This document shows, piece after piece, positions 8,353 to 16,951 of a stretch of 24,212 nt of DNA. The DNA lies in IMG/VR virus record IMGVR_UViG_3300028114_000101, positions 1 to 24,212 of that record. One strand, written 5' to 3'. This DNA comes from a virus. Its lineage: Duplodnaviria; Caudoviricetes. Made by a program: the position numbers and the translations under genes. Within the stretch, counting starts at the first letter, position 1; the number at the start of each line of letters is the position of its first letter. Below the pieces are notes generated by a model. The model ran no database searches. It worked only from the letters and a program-made list of their open reading frames with translations, and had not been told where the DNA came from.

Positions 8353-8445
8353 TTTATTTTTCAAATCGAAACTATAGTTTTAATACGTTTTATTAAACAA
8401 TTGGTTGATATATAGCACTATTTGTTTTGATTGCTATCTAAAAAT

Positions 8446-9552
8446 TTAAATAGGAGCGTTTATTATTTCACCATCGCTCTGAAGACAAAGGCGAATAATT
8501 CCAGGTCCAGTTGGAGATTCATACACTCCACCATTAATAAGTCTGCAATAAAACAAGCTTCCAGTTAATGCGCCACCACCTCCAAAACTCACATCACCAC
8601 CAACGCAACTTGAAAATGTTCCGCTTGCAACTCCTTCGCTTGCGAAGCTTTGATCGCCACCGGTACAGTTTGTAAATTTTCCGCCGGCATCGCTTCCGCT
8701 TGCGAAGCTTTGATCGCCACCGGTGCAGTTTGTAAATGTTCCGCCGGCAACGCTTCCGTAGCTGAAGCTTCGATCGCCGCCAGTACAGTTTGTCAATGCT
8801 GCACTGATAAAAATCCAGCCGTAGTATCCGAAGCTGTTATTTCCAGCAGTGCAGTTTGTAAAATTTCCCGATATTTCTAATGTACCGCCTCCTCCAGTAT
8901 ATCCGAAGCTGTTATTTCCAGCAGTGCAGCTTGTAAAATTACCGTCTATTCTTATATCATTCCCTCCAGTCATGTAACCAAAACTATTATCTCCAGCGGT
9001 ACAATTTATATATGTTCCTTCCAAAAACAGGTTCGACGAACCATCCGAAAATCCAAAACTATTATCTCCAGCGGTACAATTTATATATGTTCCTTCCAAA
9101 AACGCTTCAGACGAACCATACGAAAATCCAAAACTATTATCACCCCCAACACAATTTTCAAAAACTTGAAATTCCCCCCCTGAAATATTAAATGGTTGAA
9201 CTTTAGTGCTAATACCAACTACTCTAATATTACTTGCCGTTACCCTAATGGAACTATCTTCAATAAATACGCTTGGTATTTTTTCAGACGACCCCAAAGC
9301 AATAACATCAACAAAGTCTATATCAAAAACTGGTTCGCCACTTGTTGGATATTCTCCAGGAAACAATATTAAAGTAGCTCTATTTCTATTAGTTCTTGCT
9401 GAATTATTAGGAGTTAATGCAGCGGCTTCAGCATATTTTAACATTAAGTCGTCTCCCGCCTTTGCGACTACATAGGAATCAGTTTTCTTTAATAATATAT
9501 TAGAAAAATCTGCATCAATTTGTTTGAGTTTTATTTTATTTAAATTAGACAT
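8446..9552 (-). CDS. Cys-ladder solenoid (beta-helix-like) protein, 9 coils; probable receptor-binding/fibre protein
   Basis: NRNRATLILFPG head followed by nine (F/Y/L)xxCxxGxxSF repeats and a cap LFYCRL. Lacks the NPSGFITG module and has a different N-terminus (MSNLNKIKLKQID). Confidence 0.7.
   Translation of the reverse strand: MSNLNKIKLKQIDADFSNILLKKTDSYVVAKAGDDLMLKYAEAAALTPNNSARTNRNRATLILFPGEYPTSGEPVFDIDFVDVIALGSSEKIPSVFIEDSSIRVTASNIRVVGISTKVQPFNISGGEFQVFENCVGGDNSFGFSYGSSEAFLEGTYINCTAGDNSFGFSDGSSNLFLEGTYINCTAGDNSFGYMTGGNDIRIDGNFTSCTAGNNSFGYTGGGGTLEISGNFTNCTAGNNSFGYYGWIFISAALTNCTGGDRSFSYGSVAGGTFTNCTGGDQSFASGSDAGGKFTNCTGGDQSFASEGVASGTFSSCVGGDVSFGGGGALTGSLFYCRLINGGVYESPTGPGIIRLCLQSDGEIINAPI
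8638..9140. repeat. Coding tandem repeats with 60-bp and 75-bp periods
   Basis: 60-bp units at 8641, 8701 and 8761 (gaagctttgatcgccaccggt.cagtttgtaaat). A 41-bp pair with one mismatch at 8825..8865 and 8900..8940. A 51-bp identical pair at 8978..9028 and 9053..9103. Confidence 0.85.
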
Positions 9553-9556
9553 GATA

Positions 9557-11560
9557 TCAAGAATGCTTACTGTGATAAAGAATACATGCGGCTCTCTGAT
9601 CCAGCTGATGATATTCTGACAATTCTTCTATTTTTTCAAAAAAACTTTCTTCCATCTGAGCTGGGTTGTTAATGAAAAGTGGTAATTTCAACTTCCAATC
9701 TTGGATTTCACAATTTGAAGCTATGGCTAAAGACAACTCGCCAACGACCTCTTTTTGAACTTTATTTAGTTTTTTAATTTTAAATTTTTCTTTCAAAGCC
9801 TGCTCAATATCTTTTTCTAAAGATGAGAAATTATCTAAAACTTCTTTCATTTTCACACAACTAAATTTTAATTCAGCCGCTGAAACAGATTGCTTTCTAT
9901 TTTGCAACTGTTTTGTTCCACCTCCAGAAGGTCTACCAACATTACTAGTCGGACTCTTAGTTCCACCACTCGATCCTGGCTCCGCATTTCCATCTTGCTT
10001 TTGACCGCCAACAAGAGGAGTATAATAACCCTTATCCCTCAAGTCTTTAAATCTTTTTTGAGATTCTACGCTTTCGTCAAAACTCGGAAGTCTTCCAGTT
10101 TCAAAAACGCCAAGTCCCTCTTCTGGAGTAAGTACACCAAGTTCAATTAATCTAGAATAAACTCTACTCATTAAAACATTGTCCTCAAAATCAATATCCT
10201 CAAATTTAGCAGAAGGCATTTGTTTAAATCCAAGTTTTTTACCAATTTCATTCATTTCCGGAATCAAGAAATCTCTCAAGAATTTTTCCCTACCATATTT
10301 CAAACGAGCAAAAAATACCTTTACTTTAATTGAAGTATTTGAAAACTTTTCTTCACCAAAAAGAATACTATTTAATCCCATCCTTATATCATTATCAAGA
10401 ATCTCATATTTTTTTGGATCCAAAAGATTGCCAATATCTGGAATAACAAACTTTGCATTTGTAGTATAATCAGCAACTAGCACCTTGCCAACGCTCTGAT
10501 TTTCAAACAATTTACGCATAGATGAAATATTTTTCTCACTAGGCATACCAACCTTTTCATCCCCCATTGTCAATAGTAAAACAGCTTGCTGAACGGATCT
10601 AGCAATAGCTCTATCTATTTTTTTAAGTTCTAGCTTTGCATTAATATCCTCAAGCACGGCAAAGCCCATTGGTACAGAAAGCGGCTCGTAATTTTGCTTT
10701 TTATAGAAAATTGCAACAAGTCTTTCGACATCCAGCTTCAGAGAAACATTATTAATCCCATTAGTTCTATTATTCTTTTTAGAACCAGATTCTATCAACT
10801 GTTTGATTTCTGGAATTTTTTCAGCAATTTTTTTATCAGATTCGGTCTTGGGATTAATCAAAGCCTGAAGTTCATAATTATTAAGAACCTTCACATACAC
10901 ATTATCAAGAAATGAAGAGGATGTAATTATGTTTATATCAGCTGGATTAAGTATAATATACTTGACTGGAATCGACATGTCGGACTGCGCCTCAGAATCA
11001 GCCCCAAAAGCCTCTTGAATTTTCATCATATTTTCCCGACTGAAATCAGCCCTGAATTTATACATAAAAATATTTCCACTTCTGTAAAACTCCCTATAAA
11101 ATTGATCTTGCAAATCCCAGCAATTAATCTTATTAAGCCACAGATTAAAAAACTTCCTACTTTGTTCATTTCCTCCCGTTAAATAAACATTTGAAATACT
11201 AAACTCAGTCATCAAATCTATTGTATTTCTGAATATCGGGACGTTCCAGTATGCCTTTTGACAAAGAATGATTGAATCTTTTGCAGATATGTTAGAATCA
11301 TAATTTCCTCTACCGCTATTATACAAAAAAGGAACAACTCCCTTTTCTAAATTCGAAAATCTATCCGATTGAGATACGGTCGATGCTGAATTTCTCCTAC
11401 TCGACGTCCTCCCTGAATCAAAAGATTCGCAGCTAGCCCTAGCATTATCGAAAGAACCCAGAGAAGCGATTGCAGCCTCAGGAATTTCAACGGCTTTTTT
11501 TGCATTTGACCTGGTCGAGGTAATCTCGGATTTTTTATTTTTTTGATTTTCTGTTGGCAT
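9557..11560 (-). CDS. Probable portal protein
   Basis: 667 aa, directly downstream of the terminase. Portal-like features include IFRNTIDLMTEF, QFYREFYRSGNIFMYK, ILNPADINI and LIELGVLTPEE, plus a low-complexity tail with a GRPSG motif. Confidence 0.75.
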   Translation of the reverse strand: MPTENQKNKKSEITSTRSNAKKAVEIPEAAIASLGSFDNARASCESFDSGRTSSRRNSASTVSQSDRFSNLEKGVVPFLYNSGRGNYDSNISAKDSIILCQKAYWNVPIFRNTIDLMTEFSISNVYLTGGNEQSRKFFNLWLNKINCWDLQDQFYREFYRSGNIFMYKFRADFSRENMMKIQEAFGADSEAQSDMSIPVKYIILNPADINIITSSSFLDNVYVKVLNNYELQALINPKTESDKKIAEKIPEIKQLIESGSKKNNRTNGINNVSLKLDVERLVAIFYKKQNYEPLSVPMGFAVLEDINAKLELKKIDRAIARSVQQAVLLLTMGDEKVGMPSEKNISSMRKLFENQSVGKVLVADYTTNAKFVIPDIGNLLDPKKYEILDNDIRMGLNSILFGEEKFSNTSIKVKVFFARLKYGREKFLRDFLIPEMNEIGKKLGFKQMPSAKFEDIDFEDNVLMSRVYSRLIELGVLTPEEGLGVFETGRLPSFDESVESQKRFKDLRDKGYYTPLVGGQKQDGNAEPGSSGGTKSPTSNVGRPSGGGTKQLQNRKQSVSAAELKFSCVKMKEVLDNFSSLEKDIEQALKEKFKIKKLNKVQKEVVGELSLAIASNCEIQDWKLKLPLFINNPAQMEESFFEKIEELSEYHQLDQRAACILYHSKHS

Positions 11561-11596
11561 CGTAAATTAAAGTTTAATTTAAATATAATAATATTT

Positions 11597-11601
11597 TACA
11601 C
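11597..11601 (-). promoter_or_regulatory. GTGTA motif between terminase and portal
   Basis: Minus strand reads AAAACGTGTAAAATATT..., 36 nt before the portal ATG (11560). Confidence 0.45.
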
Positions 11602-11605
11602 GTTT

Positions 11606-13537
11606 TTATAAGAAAAAAGGCATAAAATTATGAGATGGCTTTTTTGCTGCCTCAGAATGAAGATCAAAATAAACTTTAACAGCCCAATTACCAAGCATTA
11701 AAGCAGAGTAATTATCTTTTCTTGGTTTATTTGCAGTTGTCAATCTCCTGAGATGGCTCGGCAAATCAAAACTCTGAGTTCCACGATTTGTTGAGGAAAC
11801 CTGAATAAGAGCGCATTGATCTTTGGTATCTTTGATAATGAAGTCCTGCTGCTCCATAAAATCCCTAACGCCTAGTTTGTTTCTCTCTAATGCATCTTCG
11901 GGAGCATCATCTATACCCTTTGGATATATGTATTCTATAGGAATATTTAAAGAGAACATTTGATTAACGATATCTGGGTGCGCGCACGATGCGCTAGCAA
12001 ACCATATTCTTTTGTGATCTATGCAGCTTTGAAGATAGCCATTTGCTCTACCAATAAAAGAAGAAGTAAAGTACTGTTTAATACATATTGACTTTGTATC
12101 AAAATTATATTGAGACTTTGCTTCTTTCAGCATTTCATGGTATTCGTCGCCCTCTTTGTCAGAGTTGAAATCAAAAAAACCAACTCTCATCCCCTTGGCT
12201 TTAAATATCGCAGAACCGTTTGCCGCCTCAATAAATTGATCGCCACCAGCGTTGTCAATTATTATTAAATTAATATTGAAATGGGTTAGCAAATAGTAAA
12301 AGTATTTAATATGATCTTGGATACTTGTTCCAGCCTTTTGATATCCATGCACATAAACAGACGTTCCATCCTCTTCATTCAATTCAATAACTGCCATTGC
12401 AAAATAATCAGAACTTTTAGAAGCACTAAAGCTTGGATCTATAGCTAAAACGTATTTCTTATCTTTGTCTCCAACTATTTTAGTTGTTGGATATTGACCG
12501 TTCGGCACCGTGCATAAGGTCATTTTCTTTGGCGAAAAATAACCGTCTCCTCCATCAACAAATCTAGCACAATATTCTCTAAGAAAAGCAGAGTGACTAA
12601 TTCCTCCGCTTTTCGCGAGCTGGATCACGCCTTGATCAATCATATGCTCTGGTAACGATTCATAGCTCATTTGCGAAACAAAATAGGTAGAATTTTTCAT
12701 CGCCTCCATCCTATCTTCCCCCACCTTATCCGAATCTGATAATATATTAGGATCTCTGATGATGTCAGACCATATGGAATACAACTCGAACAAGTATTCA
12801 AAAGTATAGCTTGCAGAACTCAATGTTATCATTTTGTTCATATTTTTGAATACAGTTCTATCCTTTTCTTGCATTCTCCCAGCCTTAATCATTTGATCTT
12901 CAATCTCTCTAACTTTAATTCTCTCGGCAACGTCAAGGGGAGAACTCATAAAGGGCATAAGAACTCTTTCGACGATATCTTTCGGCATCAAAAGAAACTC
13001 ATCAATAATCAAAACAGAAGCTCGATAACCTCTAGTGTTTTCTCCGCCCAATGGTATAGCAGTAATGGATCCTCCGTGCGGCAATTGCACGGGATAAACA
13101 TACTCATCGTTTCTTTTAACAGGATCCTTAAAACATTGCTTTGCCAAACCCGAATCTTTGGTATTCAGCATTCTGTCTATCTCCATGAAAAGTCTACGAG
13201 ATGTTCTAAAATTTGCAGACGCTATAAGTATTTTAGTTCCAGGCTCGAATATGCATTGAAGTATACAGAAAACAGCAGCGCAGAAACTCTTTGAAGCGCC
13301 TCTTCCCCATGTTAACATGCTAAAATTTCTATTAAACATCGCTTTAATAGTTATTTCTTGATATTTTTCCAACTGGATTCCTAGAAAAAGCTCCGTAGTT
13401 AAACCTATATTTGATTTCAAAAATTTTGCCAGCGTTATTCTAGCGGTGACATCATCCATTTCGCCACGTATTTCAAGAAGCTCCTCATTGAAATGCCTGT
13501 CTGGAATTATAATATCTTGATTGCCTACTTCCCACAT
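11606..13537 (-). CDS. terL: Terminase large subunit
   Basis: Q motif (LEKYQ), Walker A variant WGRGASKS, RGYRA then Walker B LIIDE, coupling motif LSSA, FLREYCARF, RNase-H-like nuclease AIDPS...SDYFA and C-terminal KDNYSA. Confidence 0.9.
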   Translation of the reverse strand: MWEVGNQDIIIPDRHFNEELLEIRGEMDDVTARITLAKFLKSNIGLTTELFLGIQLEKYQEITIKAMFNRNFSMLTWGRGASKSFCAAVFCILQCIFEPGTKILIASANFRTSRRLFMEIDRMLNTKDSGLAKQCFKDPVKRNDEYVYPVQLPHGGSITAIPLGGENTRGYRASVLIIDEFLLMPKDIVERVLMPFMSSPLDVAERIKVREIEDQMIKAGRMQEKDRTVFKNMNKMITLSSASYTFEYLFELYSIWSDIIRDPNILSDSDKVGEDRMEAMKNSTYFVSQMSYESLPEHMIDQGVIQLAKSGGISHSAFLREYCARFVDGGDGYFSPKKMTLCTVPNGQYPTTKIVGDKDKKYVLAIDPSFSASKSSDYFAMAVIELNEEDGTSVYVHGYQKAGTSIQDHIKYFYYLLTHFNINLIIIDNAGGDQFIEAANGSAIFKAKGMRVGFFDFNSDKEGDEYHEMLKEAKSQYNFDTKSICIKQYFTSSFIGRANGYLQSCIDHKRIWFASASCAHPDIVNQMFSLNIPIEYIYPKGIDDAPEDALERNKLGVRDFMEQQDFIIKDTKDQCALIQVSSTNRGTQSFDLPSHLRRLTTANKPRKDNYSALMLGNWAVKVYFDLHSEAAKKPSHNFMPFFL

Positions 13538-13540
13538 ATG

Positions 13541-14473
13541 TCAAATAAGCTTATGATCCAATAAATATTGAAAGTCTAAGTTCTTAGCATCGTCCTTGTT
13601 CATAGATAATATTTTTGGAATTAAATCAGAAGATTCAGCCCTACCACCTGAAAAGCAAAATTGTACATTTTCTGGAAAATTCTTGCATACATCCCTAAAT
13701 CTATGAAATATAAAATCGGGAGAGGCTTTTGCAAATTTACCAGTTCTTGAATATGAAAATGATAAAAATTTATTAATATCGCATTCAATTACAACGACTA
13801 TATATCCACCAATAGATTTAGCCCTCTCTATTTCCCTATTAAACCTCTCGAATCCTGACGATAGAGTCGAAACTAAATCGCTCAGAGACTTTCTTTCAAC
13901 AGCTAAAATTCTATCGCAGGAATAATCTCCGAAGTCTAATTTTTCATTAATTACATCAAAATTTTTCAATTTTATAGGCTTCTGTTCCCTAGTGTCAACG
14001 GTTATGTTTTTCTTATGAATAAAATTAAAATTTAATTCATTTTTATTGTAATTGTATCTTCTTTTTAAGCCGCAAGAATCTATAAACGCATTAAGGTCAT
14101 CAAAGAAAAATTGGTAAGTCTTCATTGAGGGAAGATAGGATATTGTTCTCATCTCTGAGGATGATGGGAAATGGCATACACTTTTTAATTCAGAATGCGC
14201 AATAATTTTATACAATAGAAAATCTTTCGCTAAGCCGTCCTTTTCATTCTTTAGCCAAGCCAACATATTTTTTTTGTTTGCAAAATCTGTCAACAGATAT
14301 TGTTCGAAACTCTTAAAGTCAATCGCCTCTGTCGTTAGTAAATCGCGCTTATTTATATTAAACTTGCAATAATTATCTATCTTTAATTTATGAACTTGTT
14401 TCACATGCTTGACAAATTCATCCTTATCCTTGGACAAATACCCGCAATTAGAATCTTTACATAAAAAATCCAT
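13541..14473 (-). CDS. ERCC4/XPF-type structure-specific nuclease with N-terminal C2H2 zinc finger
   Basis: VDTREQ, LDFGDYS and VERKSLSDL are the ERCC4 signature motifs (GDX(n)ERK). The N-terminus has CKDSNC...HVKQVH. Confidence 0.85.
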   Translation of the reverse strand: MDFLCKDSNCGYLSKDKDEFVKHVKQVHKLKIDNYCKFNINKRDLLTTEAIDFKSFEQYLLTDFANKKNMLAWLKNEKDGLAKDFLLYKIIAHSELKSVCHFPSSSEMRTISYLPSMKTYQFFFDDLNAFIDSCGLKRRYNYNKNELNFNFIHKKNITVDTREQKPIKLKNFDVINEKLDFGDYSCDRILAVERKSLSDLVSTLSSGFERFNREIERAKSIGGYIVVVIECDINKFLSFSYSRTGKFAKASPDFIFHRFRDVCKNFPENVQFCFSGGRAESSDLIPKILSMNKDDAKNLDFQYLLDHKLI

Positions 14474-14477
14474 AAAA

Positions 14478-15647
14478 TTAAGTGTTAAATATTTCCTTTG
14501 GATCTATTCCGCGAATAATCGCTTTAAATTCATCAACTGAAGAGAGTTTTTCTACCTCCCCCTTTAAAGCCTCGCGCTGTCTTTCTGCCAATGCAACCAT
14601 TCTCTCCCTATTTTCCTCTTGTTTCCAGGCGTAAACCAAATTCAAAATGGAAGCATTTTCACTTCTTCTTTCCTCTATTCTTTTTGACCTATTTACTGTT
14701 AGGCTTTTATATAATTTATCTTGCCTAGAAATGCATTGATTATATTCAGTCTGAGCGTTATTAATAGCCTCATTTAAACCCATACTTATTTTTTTACCCT
14801 CTGAGTCAGACGCCATTTCATCTAATGCCACTCTTAAATATTCTATTCTTCTTTGAATATCAGCAGCTATAACTACCTCATTAGATAAAGTTATAAATTG
14901 ATCAAGCTCTTCCTGAGTCAAATCTTCTTTATCATGAGTATATCTAATAAATGCATCTTCAAAAAGCTCCCTATCCTCAGATCTCGAATATGAGTTTATT
15001 TGATACTGAAATCTAAAAACTCTCAAATAACTGGTCAATGATTCCACGCATTTTATTTGGGCTCTTTTTAAATTTTCTTCTTTCCATCCGTAATTAAGAT
15101 ATTTATTAATTCTTGCTATGCAGTGTGTCAATGAAGAAGGCGCTCTATAGTATTCCTTTTCCTTCTGGCGGTTTGATTTCAAGTTCTCTGGCGAGTAATA
15201 CAAATTTTGCATTTCTTCGCCCTCAGTAACCTCGAAATGCGTTTTTTGGTTTTCCAACTCCAGCTTATTTATAAATTCATTCACCGTTTTGTATTCGACA
15301 AAAAAAGCGGTTATGTCTTGATTATTATAAAGCTCTCTTGTGAAAGACAATACTGAGAAATCTTTTTTCTTATAATTATCAATTATTATTTTTTTCTGAT
15401 CATCAGTTAGATTTAATAAGACAGCTTTTTGCGGCGCTCTAACTGTCACCTTTCCAATTTGGAATTCGGCTATATATCTTTTAATAGCACGACCCTCTTT
15501 ACTTCTGCCATCAACCTTGTCGTTTTCGAATATTTCTCTAGTAAGATCGCTCAAATCAGGACAAGCTCCACCTTCGAAAGATTTCTTAATTTGATCTTTC
15601 TGATTTTCTGTCAAAATAATTTCTTCAAGAGCTTTATTTTCTATCAT
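14478..15647 (-). CDS. Hypothetical helical protein; candidate terminase small subunit
   Basis: 389 aa. Two HTH-like N-terminal repeats (LTENQKDQI...LTREIF and LTDDQKKII...FTRELY) and a long coiled-coil C-terminus. Two genes upstream of terL in the same operon. The CDS is solid; the function is only positional. Confidence 0.45.
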   Translation of the reverse strand: MIENKALEEIILTENQKDQIKKSFEGGACPDLSDLTREIFENDKVDGRSKEGRAIKRYIAEFQIGKVTVRAPQKAVLLNLTDDQKKIIIDNYKKKDFSVLSFTRELYNNQDITAFFVEYKTVNEFINKLELENQKTHFEVTEGEEMQNLYYSPENLKSNRQKEKEYYRAPSSLTHCIARINKYLNYGWKEENLKRAQIKCVESLTSYLRVFRFQYQINSYSRSEDRELFEDAFIRYTHDKEDLTQEELDQFITLSNEVVIAADIQRRIEYLRVALDEMASDSEGKKISMGLNEAINNAQTEYNQCISRQDKLYKSLTVNRSKRIEERRSENASILNLVYAWKQEENRERMVALAERQREALKGEVEKLSSVDEFKAIIRGIDPKEIFNT

Positions 15648-15659
15648 ATAAGAAGTTAA

Positions 15660-16376
15660 TTAAATTTCCTTGACAAGGTTTTGAGCTATTCTATATATTT
15701 TATTCTTTATTTTTTTAATTTGCTTATATCCTGGAGATCTATTTTTCTCGCTTGTTTTATAACCCATTAATTTTGCGGTTTCGTATTCAGTTTTATTTTC
15801 TACGTAAATAAAATTATAAATCTTCCATTCTATTAAACTTAATTGAGTTTTAATTTTTTTATGGAAAGATTCGATCTCACTATCGTAATCAAAATAAGAA
15901 TAAGTATCACGTATTTCAATGGGAGGAGAATTTTCTTCACCATTATTAAATTTATTATCATTAATACTCAAGGGCATCTTAATTTCTTGAGCAGATTTTT
16001 TACTCTTTTCCCATTTTGAAAAATCCGCGCATTCTGAATTCTGAATTGAGTGTAAAGCACAAAGATTTCCCCCCTGATTGTGAGGACACTGCATACAAGG
16101 CTTAACAAAGTAAGAATAATTATTCCTTATCAAATTAGTCATTTGATTCGAAATAATTCTATTGAGCCAAGGTCTTAATGGTCTGCTGAAGTCCCACTTA
16201 TCCCATTTACTAAATATATGAAGTCTAATTTTTTGACAAACGTCGTCAAAATCCATCCAAGCAATGGCGTTAAGTCGCCACTTTGATCTTCTTTTGCTAA
16301 GCTCTTCATTTATTATTTCAAAACATGATTCGTAAGATGGTCTGTTTTCCAAATCTAAATCTTCTTCATTTTGCAT
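15660..16376 (-). CDS. Phage RNA polymerase sigma factor (sigma-70/ECF-like)
   Basis: Region-2-like DFDDVCQKIRLHIFSKWDKWDFSRPLRPWLNRIISNQMTNLIR and region-4-like LSLIEWKIYNFIYVENKTEYETAKLMGY, with a Cys4 insert between them. Confidence 0.8.
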   Translation of the reverse strand: MQNEEDLDLENRPSYESCFEIINEELSKRRSKWRLNAIAWMDFDDVCQKIRLHIFSKWDKWDFSRPLRPWLNRIISNQMTNLIRNNYSYFVKPCMQCPHNQGGNLCALHSIQNSECADFSKWEKSKKSAQEIKMPLSINDNKFNNGEENSPPIEIRDTYSYFDYDSEIESFHKKIKTQLSLIEWKIYNFIYVENKTEYETAKLMGYKTSEKNRSPGYKQIKKIKNKIYRIAQNLVKEI

Positions 16377-16399
16377 GTTAATTTATAATAATTTTACCA

Positions 16400-16891
16400 T
16401 CACTCTATTTCAATATGTCTTTTTGTAGAAGAAGCCTCAGCTTTAAACTCCTCAAGAACTTGTTCTCTTGTTTTTTTAAATTCAAAATTTTCAAATTTAA
16501 AATCATTCGAATCAGATGGCGAAGATGACGCCTCCTGCATTAAAGATCCGAATGAAATACCTTTATTTTTTTCATAACCTTCAACCGAAACCCCAGCGCC
16601 AGGTTTTATACTTGAGATAATAGAATGCAAATCAGAACAATAATATTCTTGATCACTGTTGTCGTCCTCACTTTCAAATTCGTCAACTTCAATTTTTTTA
16701 ATACTTTTTGGAATCTTTTTAATTTCCACATTTCTAGTTTTCGAATTTTCCTCGCTTTGAGGCATTGACGCGCTGATATTTTTTTTAACTGTAGAGTCAG
16801 AAGATACTTTAGTTCCACATTCTTGGCAAAATTTCGGTTTAGAAAACTTATATTCGCTTTTTGAAAAACAATTTGAACAATAATAATTCAT
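16400..16891 (-). CDS. Zinc-ribbon protein with acidic/disordered C-terminus
   Basis: YCSNC...KPKFCQECG at the N-terminus, followed by S/E/K-rich sequence. Confidence 0.7.
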   Translation of the reverse strand: MNYYCSNCFSKSEYKFSKPKFCQECGTKVSSDSTVKKNISASMPQSEENSKTRNVEIKKIPKSIKKIEVDEFESEDDNSDQEYYCSDLHSIISSIKPGAGVSVEGYEKNKGISFGSLMQEASSSPSDSNDFKFENFEFKKTREQVLEEFKAEASSTKRHIEIE

Positions 16892-16898
16892 ATATTTA

Positions 16899-16926
16899 AT
16901 TATATATAAAACATTTTGTTAATCAA
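16899..16926 (-). promoter_or_regulatory. Host sigma-70-like promoter, probably producing a leaderless transcript
   Basis: Minus strand reads TTGATT-N16-TATAAT-TAAATAT-ATG(16891). The region is very AT-rich, so a chance match is possible. Confidence 0.4.
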
Positions 16927-16936
16927 AAATAAAAAA

Positions 16937-16941
16937 GTGTA
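16937..16941 (+). promoter_or_regulatory. GTGTA motif upstream of the HExxH gene
   Basis: AAAAGTGTA-AATATTTTAA-ATG(16952), a 10 nt spacer. Confidence 0.5.
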
Positions 16942-16951
16942 AATATTTTAA

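Noticed and set aside
8369-8440. 12-bp palindrome AAACTATAGTTT and a weak ATAGCA...TGCTAT stem in the 109-bp intergenic gap
   Set aside because: Low-complexity AT-rich sequence with a single occurrence; not enough to call an operator or terminator.
8638-9140. Regularly spaced near-identical repeats with variable intervening sequence, resembling a CRISPR array
   Set aside because: Periods are multiples of 3 (60 and 75 bp), the repeats lie in frame within a CDS, the repeat sequence drifts from pair to pair, and no cas genes are present.
4635-9552. Diversity-generating retroelement TR/VR pair
   Set aside because: No reverse transcriptase in the window, all repeat copies are coding, and the mismatches inspected are not confined to adenines. 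An RT elsewhere in the genome cannot be excluded.
11606-13537. Intein or intron in the terminase
   Set aside because: No C/S...HN splice motifs or homing-endonuclease motifs, and the ORF is continuous with a plausible length.
1451-15659. Plus-strand ORFs in the track (e.g. 1451..1714, 2367..2585, 7008..7463, 8650..8880, 12869..13294, 15429..15659)
   Set aside because: They are antisense shadows overlapping well-supported minus-strand genes, mostly with non-ATG starts and no motifs.
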